Shown piece after piece: positions 16,207 through 24,065 of a stretch of DNA of 44,078 nucleotides (position 1 is its first letter; each line of letters opens with the position of its first letter). The notes beneath the pieces were generated by a model. The model was not told the DNA's origin. It worked only from the letters and a program-made list of their open reading frames with translations, and did no database searches. The position numbers and the translations under genes were made by a program. Source of the stretch: a virus; the IMG/VR virus record IMGVR_UViG_3300013027_000005, positions 1-44,078 of that record; one strand, 5' to 3'.

Positions 16207-16842
16207 CTATAGTGGTTTGTCTCCCCCTAGCTTTTCATACAGCTCATCAGGGGTTATGTCAATACGTCCCATTCCTAGCAGTACAGTCACAGCTTCAACA
16301 CAGGTGTAGTTACGATGCGGTTTGCCAATGAAGGAACACCACAAGTCTTTGACTGTTATCATATAACATTTCTGTGCCATTTCCACAGCCCTGTCCCACA
16401 TCTGAAGCATTTCGTCAGTACCGAAGGGCTTCATGAGGTAGTCATCACACGGTAGGTCGTGCTGGGGCTCCTCCTTAACACACAAACCTTCACAGGTCAT
16501 TTCCAGCCAACAGTCATCAGCATATAATGTGACGTGGACGTACTTGTTGTGAATGTTTCGAAGTTTGAGAAAGAACCACACAACAACACTACGGTAGTCA
16601 TTCCAGTCCACCTTGTGAAACAGGACCCACAAGAAAGGCGCATTCGTAGAGACTTTCAACATAGTGTTTGAGTTTTGATAGGAAGTTGGCACGGACACGT
16701 GGGCTTTTGACAGGTTCCTCATCACACCACGCCTTGAACAGTGCTTCTGTGTTGTAGCGACAGCCGTAGACACGGTTAATGCGCTCAACGGTAACGGCAG
16801 TTTTGATGATGGGGCTTGGGCGCAGGGCACTGGTGATGTCAC
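16207..16842 (-). CDS. Hypothetical protein; true start probably internal (Met 16722 or 16662)
   Basis: The 5' third of the ORF overlaps the preceding gene and has a poor composition. The C-terminal 150 aa look protein-like (Cys- and Trp-rich). No motif recognised. Confidence 0.4.
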   Translation of the reverse strand: MTSPVPCAQAPSSKLPLPLSALTVSTAVATTQKHCSRRGVMRNLSKAHVSVPTSYQNSNTMLKVSTNAPFLWVLFHKVDWNDYRSVVVWFFLKLRNIHNKYVHVTLYADDCWLEMTCEGLCVKEEPQHDLPCDDYLMKPFGTDEMLQMWDRAVEMAQKCYMITVKDLWCSFIGKPHRNYTCVEAVTVLLGMGRIDITPDELYEKLGGDKPL

Positions 16843-17227
16843 CCACCTCCAGACCCCGGCGCTTCAGTTGGAGCCACGTCTCAACATAGCTGAAGGTGCG
16901 GGCGAACACACTCAGGACGTACTGGGCACTCTTGCCGTCCATCACTTCCAAGGCATCGTAGAAGGCACACACACGCTCCATGTGCTCGTCATACTTGTCC
17001 TGGTAATGAGGCAGGACCGGGGCCAGGATGTCCCGCTTGGCGCCTGTCTTGGGGTGGATGTCCTGGTAGCCTCCGAAGTGGCGCTTCTCCAAGAGGAAGA
17101 TGTAGTCATTCAGAAGTACGAACAACGCGTCCCTTTTTTCGCCGTGCAAGTTTATGCGGTCGCTGAGAAGTTCAGCCAACTGGCCCTTATATTGTTGTCG
17201 CAGGGACTCGGTTAGGTTTTGGCTCAT
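16598..17227 (-). CDS. Hypothetical protein (209 aa from Met 17227)
   Basis: The internal ATG at 17227 is preceded by GAGGAG at about 7 nt. The upstream part of track ORF 16598..17332 overlaps the neighbouring gene. Confidence 0.5.
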   Translation of the reverse strand: MSQNLTESLRQQYKGQLAELLSDRINLHGEKRDALFVLLNDYIFLLEKRHFGGYQDIHPKTGAKRDILAPVLPHYQDKYDEHMERVCAFYDALEVMDGKSAQYVLSVFARTFSYVETWLQLKRRGLEVGDITSALRPSPIIKTAVTVERINRVYGCRYNTEALFKAWCDEEPVKSPRVRANFLSKLKHYVESLYECAFLVGPVSQGGLE

Positions 17228-17474
17228 TTGAGGGCTCCTCTTGTAGTGGTACCAGGCAGTAGTCATCGACGCCGTCACGTAGGGACATGAGGCACATAAC
17301 TTCAACGTTTCCAGCGGTGTCAAAGTCAGCACAAGCTAGTAAGTCCTCAGCTTCGTTTTCGATACACAGGTCAAAGATGTCAGTTGGGTAGGGGTGCCAC
17401 CGCTCGGCTGGTGCAGCCATCGCTACGGAACTACTTAGAAGCAGAGTACTTAGCGCTAAGAATAGGCGTTTCAT
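17187..17474 (-). CDS. Small secreted protein with a cleavable signal peptide
   Basis: MKRLFLALSTLLLSSSVAMA/APAERW is a classical n-h-c signal peptide with an AxA site. The mature part is acidic and Cys-containing. Confidence 0.5.
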   Translation of the reverse strand: MKRLFLALSTLLLSSSVAMAAPAERWHPYPTDIFDLCIENEAEDLLACADFDTAGNVEVMCLMSLRDGVDDYCLVPLQEEPSNEPKPNRVPATTI

Positions 17475-17585
17475 GGGCAAACCTTTGTAGTGTGGTGATG
17501 ATGGCGAGACGTTCGGCTGGGTTGTCCTCAGCTTCCTGAAGCAGCGAGCTGATAAGGTTGGCTAGCTTGGTTGTGTTGTCAGTCA

Positions 17586-17834
17586 TCAGTAAGCCTCAAC
17601 TATGTATACTTCGTAACCTTCCATCGTGAAGTACTTCTTCACCTGTGCAGCCATCTCCAGGAACAGGGCTAGCTGTGCTTTGGGTAGCTTGTGGCGGCAT
17701 TCGTAGATGCGGTAGCGGCTCTTGGGAGTTGGCCTGATGTCACCAAAGAGGTGTAACACCCCTTCCTTGTCAAACACGGTAAGGACTAGTTGCTCAGGGA
17801 CCATGGGCTTAGCTCTGTCGGATGTGTATGGCAT
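17586..17834 (-). CDS. Hypothetical protein (82 aa)
   Basis: ORF in the minus-strand early/middle block. No motif recognised. Confidence 0.45.
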   Translation of the reverse strand: MPYTSDRAKPMVPEQLVLTVFDKEGVLHLFGDIRPTPKSRYRIYECRHKLPKAQLALFLEMAAQVKKYFTMEGYEVYIVEAY

Positions 17835-17846
17835 GAGGTGTAACTC

Positions 17847-18149
17847 CTATACGTAAAGGACGAGTTGGGTCACGGGCTGACCAAGGGCTTCAAGCTGGTC
17901 TGCAATACGTCTCAGCAGTGTAGCACAGAACTCCTTGGACTTTTTCAGGTGTTCACCACACAACGTGGGGTCAATGGTAATGAACAACGACAACGTTCCG
18001 GTTTTCTCGTAGTGAAGCGGGAAACAGCCCCACTTACACAGGTGCATGACGTGTCCCATTATGTAGGCGTCATAGCTTCCCCTTGGATACTGCTCTAGAA
18101 CGACTTTCGTGGCTGCTTTCAGTAGGGAGTTGTCCATTGCGTCTCTCAT
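17847..18149 (-). CDS. Hypothetical protein; start uncertain (overlaps the HNH gene; Met 18059 is possible)
   Basis: The first 27 codons of this ORF overlap the 3' end of the HNH ORF 18070..18426. Confidence 0.4.
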   Translation of the reverse strand: MRDAMDNSLLKAATKVVLEQYPRGSYDAYIMGHVMHLCKWGCFPLHYEKTGTLSLFITIDPTLCGEHLKKSKEFCATLLRRIADQLEALGQPVTQLVLYV

Positions 18150-18426
18150 ACATAAGGATAATGTTGTCTTGTTGTGTCACTTCCTGGAGGTGACCGGGGT
18201 TATAGCACTTACGGTTGCAGCAGGTGTGGTCAATAACTTGACCATCTTCAATGAACCTCTGATGGGTAATGCAAAAGGCGAGCCGATGGACTAGCCAACG
18301 ACGACCACGAAAGAGTACCGTGCCGTAACCGCTTTTGTTACAGGCACCATGCCACTCCACGCAGTCGTCAGTTGGGTTAGCCACCAACGCCTTCACCTTG
18401 GAAAGGAGGTCAGTGTAAAGGCTCAT
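18070..18426 (-). CDS. Free-standing HNH homing endonuclease (118 aa)
   Basis: DDCVEWHGACNKSGYGTVLFRGRRWLVHRLAF...VIDHTCCNRKCYNPGHLQEVTQQDN is the same HNH_3-type signature as 10606..11079. Confidence 0.75.
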   Translation of the reverse strand: MSLYTDLLSKVKALVANPTDDCVEWHGACNKSGYGTVLFRGRRWLVHRLAFCITHQRFIEDGQVIDHTCCNRKCYNPGHLQEVTQQDNIILMYERRNGQLPTESSHESRSRAVSKGKL

Positions 18427-18469
18427 AGGTAGCTTTCTTGTTGACGTACTTGTGACCCTCAGTCAACTG

Positions 18470-18613
18470 TTAGCCTCTACAAAGGGAACAACCAAGGCAT
18501 TCACTGCATCTGACAGGGAGTCGAGCGAGGTCTTCGGGGGTGTAGTAGTCATCCTTTTGGTTTACCTTCGTACGTTTTCGTGTCGTGTGTGTTGTCAGCT
18601 CATCTGTGGTCAT
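18470..18613 (-). CDS. Small Cys-rich protein (47 aa), below the ORF-track size cutoff
   Basis: My translation is MTTDELTTHTTRKRTKVNQKDDYYTPEDLARLPVRCSECLGCSLCRG. GAGG lies 6 nt upstream of the ATG and directly follows the ParB-like gene stop. Confidence 0.35.
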   Translation of the reverse strand: MTTDELTTHTTRKRTKVNQKDDYYTPEDLARLPVRCSECLGCSLCRG

Positions 18614-18620
18614 TTTTACC

Positions 18621-19685
18621 TCACATTTTCTTAGCAGGTGGGCGTCCCCGTCGCTTGGTTACAGGGGCTGGTTCGTTCGTGGGTGGGGCTTTGGGTTCGG
18701 GTACAAACTCAAGGTCCGTGTCCACTACAGGACAGGGCTTGAAGCTCTCAGATAAAGCTGGGCTAGTCCGTTCGGACATCGCTTTCAACACGTAATGGGC
18801 AAGGTCTGCACCAATGTTCCGAGCAGCACGGGCAACGTTTGACACACCATCATAGGACTCAAGCACAAGACTGAGCTGGGCTTTGGCTGTGTCCACAATG
18901 TCGGTGAAGGAGTGGACCTTGAAGGCCCCAACCTTGGCCAACTGTGAACCGCAGCTAGAACCGATGAGGTTGAGTGTTTGGCGTGTCAGGGATGTATCAT
19001 CCTCAAAGGTCACTAGTGCCAGTCCTAGAGCCACAGAGGGCTTGATGGTGCGCTGTTCAACGCCTTCGGCAATGCTCACGATGCTGTCAGGTGACACGTT
19101 CTTGGACTGGGCAATGACGCTGGCCTTCTCGCCAGAGGTCATGGACCGCGAGCCGTTGGCGGCGAACACCGCAGCGCTTCGGTCGGCATCGGTTGCGAAG
19201 ACCTTGGCAACGACGCGCACAAGCAACTTGCCCCACACCTCACGACTGATGGATGTCATGTTGTAGGCGGTTAGGATGCCCACCAGCCTGTGTCTGCCAC
19301 TGATGATGACGAATGGGGCATCAGGCCCAAGCGCATCCCACTCAGGGGCTGTGTACCCAACCTCGATATCTTGCAGCAGTTTGTGTGTCAAGGCAAAGCC
19401 CAGAGGTGCTTCAGCTAGGAAGGTCCCAACACGCTTAGGTGTCACATCCCACTGGTTGCTCGCCTCGTCCTCAAGGGACTCAGCTAGCTGGTCGATGGTT
19501 ACCGTAAAGCCGTAGTCGGTTGTGTTAGCGGCATCCAGCGAAGGGATGTAGGAATACGACGACTGGTAGTTGTCGATAAAGAAGTAGAAGTCGTTTTCAG
19601 GAGGGAACTCCAGAGGACGCTTGTCCAAAGCTTTTAACACAGAAGGAGATAGTTGGTCTTCAGGGATGGGTTGGTAGTTAGGCAT
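18621..19685 (-). CDS. ParB/Srx-fold (ParB-like nuclease domain) protein with a C-terminal AT-hook
   Basis: FVIISGRHRLVGILTAY resembles the ParB N-terminal GxxRxxA motif. The C-terminus KRRGRPPAKK is an AT-hook. Confidence 0.4.
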   Translation of the reverse strand: MPNYQPIPEDQLSPSVLKALDKRPLEFPPENDFYFFIDNYQSSYSYIPSLDAANTTDYGFTVTIDQLAESLEDEASNQWDVTPKRVGTFLAEAPLGFALTHKLLQDIEVGYTAPEWDALGPDAPFVIISGRHRLVGILTAYNMTSISREVWGKLLVRVVAKVFATDADRSAAVFAANGSRSMTSGEKASVIAQSKNVSPDSIVSIAEGVEQRTIKPSVALGLALVTFEDDTSLTRQTLNLIGSSCGSQLAKVGAFKVHSFTDIVDTAKAQLSLVLESYDGVSNVARAARNIGADLAHYVLKAMSERTSPALSESFKPCPVVDTDLEFVPEPKAPPTNEPAPVTKRRGRPPAKKM

Positions 19686-20058
19686 GGTTCACCAATAAGT
19701 TAATGAGCTGGGCTTTGGAGTCAGATGTGCGAGTTTTTATATTACACAACAAGCAGCGGTAGTGCAGCTGCATTGTCGAAAGCTTGGTCAGAGAAGCCAC
19801 ATGGACAGGGTCCACACGACGCGATGTTCGTACAACAGCAACCACTTCAAGACGTTTGTGTGGAGGCGACACAACATGAGGGGTTGGGGCTTTGGGCGAA
19901 GGGGTTGGGGCTTGAAACTTTGTGACTGTGGGTTCTGCGGTCATTGTGGTCTTGCGGGCCAGGGCGCGCGCCCTCTCCTCGTCCTCACCAGTTGCAGTGA
20001 GCTCGTAGAAAAGGCTTGTGTTTGTCGTGTTGAAAAACTCAGGCGAGTGATATGCCAT
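19678..20058 (-). CDS. Hypothetical protein (126 aa) with a Pro-rich repeat
   Basis: The ORF contains the internal repeat APTPSPKAPTP, encoded by a duplicated ggggttggggctt on the plus strand. Confidence 0.45.
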   Translation of the reverse strand: MAYHSPEFFNTTNTSLFYELTATGEDEERARALARKTTMTAEPTVTKFQAPTPSPKAPTPHVVSPPHKRLEVVAVVRTSRRVDPVHVASLTKLSTMQLHYRCLLCNIKTRTSDSKAQLINLLVNHA

Positions 20059-20090
20059 AAAAAAGTTTTAGCAATGTTTGAGAACAACGA

Positions 20091-20333
20091 CTAGTGGACC
20101 TCGTGCGTTTCAAGAGAGGACCAGATGCGCTTGGGGTCTGTCTTGTTGAGGTAGTCAGCAGCTTTTTCTTTTGTGTCGAATACTCGCTTGATGTCATTCA
20201 TCTCATCAAACACGATGTGAACATACGTAGGTGCTGGTGTGTCCATGCGAGTCTGCTTGTATTCTTTGTTACGCAGTTGCCATTTGGCTTCATTAGCCGC
20301 AGTCATAACTTCATCAAAGGTCAATGGTAGCAT
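20091..20333 (-). CDS. Hypothetical protein (80 aa from Met 20333)
   Basis: The ATG lies 1 nt after the TAA of the upstream gene (TAAtATG). The longer track version overlaps that gene by 38 nt. Confidence 0.45.
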   Translation of the reverse strand: MLPLTFDEVMTAANEAKWQLRNKEYKQTRMDTPAPTYVHIVFDEMNDIKRVFDTKEKAADYLNKTDPKRIWSSLETHEVH

Positions 20334-20334
20334 A

Positions 20335-20847
20335 TTACATATCTCCAAGTTTGTGTGCAACTTTGGCGTCAAGTAACGTCTGAATGTTAATGATGCCGTT
20401 CCGGTAGTTCGTGTAGTGTTTGTGTGCCTGAGTGGCCTTGACTCCTTTAGTTAGGGAAGGTGACACACGCTCAAAGCCGTGCTCCTTAAGGTACTCATGA
20501 AGGAGTGTCTTGTCAATATAGAACACCTCAGCTTCAATGCGCCAGATATAGACGGTTGACCTAGAGGTGTAGAACCAGCTATCTACCCACACATCACGCC
20601 GTGGGTCATAGGCCTCCAGTTCAAAGGTGATGTTGCCACCGTAACGCTTCTTGGCTGTGTGTTGGGTTTTGATGGACACAGGCGTATCGCCAACCCACAC
20701 GTCAATATCGTTCGCAAGGTTGTCGTCAAGGGTGGCCTTCTCAGCCGCCCACCCCTTGGACTTCAAGAACGTTATTACTTCAGCCTCACTTTGCGTACCT
20801 TCAGCCCACTTACGGTCGTGGTGTTTCTTGTCTAAGTTCAGGGGCAT
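20335..20847 (-). CDS. Putative PD-(D/E)xK nuclease-fold protein
   Basis: SEAEVITFLKSKGW...ANDIDVWVGDTPVSIKTQ fits an E...D...(S/E)xK restriction-endonuclease-like pattern. The match is weak. Confidence 0.35.
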   Translation of the reverse strand: MPLNLDKKHHDRKWAEGTQSEAEVITFLKSKGWAAEKATLDDNLANDIDVWVGDTPVSIKTQHTAKKRYGGNITFELEAYDPRRDVWVDSWFYTSRSTVYIWRIEAEVFYIDKTLLHEYLKEHGFERVSPSLTKGVKATQAHKHYTNYRNGIINIQTLLDAKVAHKLGDM

Positions 20848-20943
20848 GGTGTGTTACCTCGCTTTTATTAGGGTTGTGTAGTGGACTTATCACGAACAAG
20901 TATAGCGAAAATGCGATAAAGAAAGCGTGCAGATGTCGTGTGT

Positions 20944-21204
20944 TCATAAGAGATAGTCAAGGTACTCGTCATCGACTTCATCAAACACAGAACTGGGTTG
21001 CATCAGTTCCTCAAAGGTACTCAAACACCCCGGTAACACACAACAGGGTGCTGTGACACTGTTAGGTAGTTGGTTGAAGTATTGAAGGTCATCGGTGAAC
21101 ACAAACAACGTAACGAAGTTTTCAACGTGCTTGTGAATGTCGTTGACTGCGAATGCGGGACGGGCGTTGGGAAGGAGCGCAGCTTCGCTGCTGTTCGGGT
21201 GCAT
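20944..21204 (-). CDS. Hypothetical acidic protein (86 aa)
   Basis: Its start overlaps the stop of the upstream gene at 21204. No motif recognised. Confidence 0.4.
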   Translation of the reverse strand: MHPNSSEAALLPNARPAFAVNDIHKHVENFVTLFVFTDDLQYFNQLPNSVTAPCCVLPGCLSTFEELMQPSSVFDEVDDEYLDYLL

Positions 21205-21791
21205 TAGGATAGACCTCTTAGGCGACGGTAAGCGAGCCAGCAGATGGCTTGGAGTTGGTGGGCGCGCAGGTCAAGGCTGTTGGCTACGAAGTAGTAGTCT
21301 TGGGACACAGCATTGTAGGTGCGTTCGCTCAGGCTTTTGGTGTTGGCGATGGAGTTGAACTCGCCCAACCACACATTGTAGGCGTGACTGTCCACGGTTA
21401 CGTCATGGCTGTGGTCAGGTGTAGCAATGTTGAGGTAGAACGCGGTTTGCTTGCGTCCCAGGCATTCCTCAATGTCGGTGCCCTGCATAATGGTCCACGC
21501 CTTAGCCTTGTTGGTGTTATAGGTGCACACCCTGATGTCGTCCATCGAACCGCCTGACACATACATGCTGATAAGTGCTTCAGCATCAATAACGTTGCGT
21601 GTCCACTCGTTTCTAGGACTCAGAGCAGCGATGACACCACAGACCTTGAACAGGCTGACGTTGTATGTCTCAGCAATGTGCGAGGCAACTGTGTTAGCAC
21701 GCTTGTACCAGAGGGCACCCTCCAGAAGCTCATTGGTGCTGGCCTGATAGAATATCGCGAGTATGTTTCGTTGGTTTTGGTTGTAGTTCAT
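21204..21791 (-). CDS. Conserved-looking hypothetical protein (195 aa)
   Basis: Well-formed ORF (ALWYKRANTVASHIA...IAALSPRNEWTRNVIDAEALI). No function assignable by eye. Confidence 0.55.
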   Translation of the reverse strand: MNYNQNQRNILAIFYQASTNELLEGALWYKRANTVASHIAETYNVSLFKVCGVIAALSPRNEWTRNVIDAEALISMYVSGGSMDDIRVCTYNTNKAKAWTIMQGTDIEECLGRKQTAFYLNIATPDHSHDVTVDSHAYNVWLGEFNSIANTKSLSERTYNAVSQDYYFVANSLDLRAHQLQAICWLAYRRLRGLS

Positions 21792-21948
21792 CGTGGGTTA
21801 CCGTGAAAAAGTTTTAACAAGTGCTGAGAACAGCAGCGCAGCTACGGTGCTGTTTGACACAACATGAGAAGCTAGTCCTTTGGACGGCGCGGGTGGGCGC
21901 TCAGGCGTTAGTCGTAGCGGCTAAGCCCAAGGCCCCACCCCATCCACC

Positions 21949-22410
21949 TTACCAGCCCTCAAACGCCTGTTGCAGCTCGTTGAGGTCAACCAGCTTGGCT
22001 AGTCGTGTTGTGTTGTGCCGGACGGCTTTACGAATACGACGTGCCTTGTGGTAGGGATACCCCAGGTCGTCGATGTACTCGCTGAGTTCCAGGTCAGCCC
22101 AGTCCACATCCATCGCCATGGTACACAGTACGTTCTCAAGCGTAGGTGGAGCGGTGTAGGCACTGCCTTGTGAGTAGTACACAGTCATCCGTTTACCGTT
22201 GCGCTTGAGGGTCACCTTCCAGTGTGTGGCGTCACTGGTGAAGTCGTCTACGTCTATGTTGGGGTTGGCAGACACACGCTCACACTTGTAGGTGAAGCTG
22301 TTGACCAGGGCGTTACGGCGTGCCTCAATAGCGTCGGTATCGTACTTAATGGTATCGTCGGACATTGTGCTGGACTCGCTCAATAGCTCGTTTAAGTTGT
22401 TGTCGTACAT
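21949..22410 (-). CDS. Hypothetical protein (153 aa)
   Basis: ORF in the early block, followed by a 157-nt noncoding gap. Confidence 0.5.
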   Translation of the reverse strand: MYDNNLNELLSESSTMSDDTIKYDTDAIEARRNALVNSFTYKCERVSANPNIDVDDFTSDATHWKVTLKRNGKRMTVYYSQGSAYTAPPTLENVLCTMAMDVDWADLELSEYIDDLGYPYHKARRIRKAVRHNTTRLAKLVDLNELQQAFEGW

Positions 22411-22445
22411 AGGTGTCCTTTGTGTTGGTAAGTTGTTGTTCGAGT

Positions 22446-22979
22446 TCAGTTAGTAACTGTGACAGGGATAACATACAACCTGTTTAACCTCATGAAGTAG
22501 TCGTATTGTTTGAACATCCGTTCGCCCAGTTGTTCGAGGGCTTGAGCCGAGGCCCCACCCATCCGATAAACACGCCTAACAGTGCTCGCCAGGGCACGAG
22601 CCATATTCCGTGTTGCGATGCCAGCCCAGAGAACCAGCGTAACGAGTGTGATGAAAATATTTAGGTACTGCTTGAGAACAACAGGCATCTGGTTGTGTGT
22701 AGTTGTTGTGATAACTGGAAGAGGTGAGCTTTGGTAGTGGCACACGTCACAGCTAGGAGGTGCCTCAACTGTTGCGTTGTCCACGGCATCGCCAACGACA
22801 ACAGGCTCAACAGCAGCGAAGCTGCGCTCCTTGGCAATGGGTTGTGTTGCCATCTCAGTTATGTCGGCGTTATGTAGAAGCTCAACAAGTTCAGCCTTGC
22901 GGAGGTTGCTGTATCCTTTGAGGTTACGTGCTTTGGCTTCGGCTTTAAGTTCTTTAACTGTCAGTTTGATGAAGGTCAT
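22446..22979 (-). CDS. SAP/Rho_N (HeH) motif protein with a C-terminal TM helix
   Basis: The N-terminus LTVKELKAEAKARNLKGYSNLRKAELVELL is a typical SAP/Rho N-terminal helix-extension-helix motif. The TM helix is YLNIFITLVTLVLWAGIAT. Confidence 0.55.
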   Translation of the reverse strand: MTFIKLTVKELKAEAKARNLKGYSNLRKAELVELLHNADITEMATQPIAKERSFAAVEPVVVGDAVDNATVEAPPSCDVCHYQSSPLPVITTTTHNQMPVVLKQYLNIFITLVTLVLWAGIATRNMARALASTVRRVYRMGGASAQALEQLGERMFKQYDYFMRLNRLYVIPVTVTN

Positions 22980-23020
22980 GGTCGTGTTCCTTTATTGTGT
23001 GGAGGTGGTGTGTAGTCGGC

Positions 23021-23191
23021 CTAGTTGTTTAGTGAGCGTTGGAGTGCAGCGTCAACCTGCTCGTGTGTGATGCGCTCAGTCGTCGTATCAGGTGTGTACA
23101 GGTACTCAGAAGTATCAGGGCCTGGTGCAGCAGATGTGACACCCATTGCGTAGACGATAGAAGCGAAGGCGGCGAATGCTAGGTATTTCAT
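23021..23191 (-). CDS. Small early secreted/membrane protein (56 aa from Met 23191)
   Basis: The internal ATG is preceded by AGGAA 5 nt upstream. MKYLAFAAFASIVYAMGVTSA is signal-peptide-like. Confidence 0.5.
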   Translation of the reverse strand: MKYLAFAAFASIVYAMGVTSAAPGPDTSEYLYTPDTTTERITHEQVDAALQRSLNN

Positions 23192-23461
23192 TGGGTTCCT
23201 TGTGACGCAGGTTGCGTCTATAAGCGAGGTCACATTGCAGTGACCGAGGTTGCTAACTCTCAACTCATTCGCCTAACACTGTCAAAGCGCATCCTAGTCC
23301 TGACCCAGTGCAGTCATTAGTCCGGCTTAGCAGGTGCTCAGCGTTCCTCAGTCACTAGAGATGTCGTGCCCCAGTGCTTCGGGTCAGGGAGTTTTAGAAG
23401 GGTTGCCGCTTCGTTATTTCGATGTCTTTAACTTATCTCGGTCTGTGGTCTGAAGTCAAGG

Positions 23462-23590
23462 TCAGTGGGTCAGGTTGTGGATGGTGGTGAGGTAGGTCTC
23501 CTTGAGATGGGCTAGGTCTGGCTGTCGGTCGTCGAGTGCAGCTTGGTTCAGTTCTTTTGCGGTTGCGAGTAGGTAGGCTATTCTCGTCAT
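23462..23590 (-). CDS. Candidate first early gene (42 aa), below the ORF-track size cutoff
   Basis: My translation is MTRIAYLLATAKELNQAALDDRQPDLAHLKETYLTTIHNLTH, a helical and balanced composition. AAGGAGAG lies immediately upstream. It sits just downstream of a sigma70-like promoter. Confidence 0.4.
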   Translation of the reverse strand: MTRIAYLLATAKELNQAALDDRQPDLAHLKETYLTTIHNLTH

Positions 23591-23625
23591 CTCTCCTTGT
23601 CGTCTGTCGTTTTCTCCATGTCCCT

Positions 23626-23654
23626 ACTATCTCACACCCAGAGCTCATATGCAA
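23626..23654 (-). promoter_or_regulatory. Candidate sigma70-type early promoter (leftward)
   Basis: The minus strand reads TTGCAT - 17 nt - GATAGT, with a TG dinucleotide one base upstream of the -10 (extended -10). It lies about 35 nt upstream of the 42-aa ORF start. Confidence 0.35.
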
Positions 23655-24037
23655 GTCCCCTGTGGTGGCTGGGAGCCTCTCTGTGAGGTGGTTGGGTGTA
23701 GGCAGGTGGGGTTTTGTGGGTGGCGCTTGCGCTGTCCGCAGGACTAGCTGGGGGACTGTGGGCTAGGGGGGGTGAGGGGGTGGTGGTATATGTATATAAG
23801 ACCCTAAAAAATATTTGCCACCTGCTCCTGGTCTACGTTTCAGTCATTTTTGGAGGGTGTATCACTCTTAGAACAGAATGGTCTGTGCCCAAACCCCCAT
23901 CTCCACGCACGAAAGTTCGAGCATCGCGAGTCCCTGGTCAGAGGGACGAGTGCTGCGCTGTATGGGGACTTGAGCTTAGTGGAGATGCTGTTCGTTTTGG
24001 TCGTATTTTCAGTTCCCAGATACCTATTTATTCAATG

Positions 24038-24065
24038 TTGTAAAAAAGGTAAGTTGCTATATTAA
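24038..24065 (+). promoter_or_regulatory. Candidate sigma70-type rightward promoter
   Basis: TTGTAA - 16 nt - TATTAA sits in the AT-rich block. If it is used, it would leave a roughly 430-nt leader before ATG 24500. Confidence 0.25.

Noticed and set aside
23433-23654. 73-aa minus-strand ORF; also the plus-strand ORFs 23536..23766, 23714..24043, 23850..24065 and 24174..24488
   Set aside because: They consist of low-complexity Arg/Pro/Gly-rich products generated by the G/C-run composition of the control region. They have no convincing RBS. The 42-aa ORF in another frame is the better candidate in part of this span.
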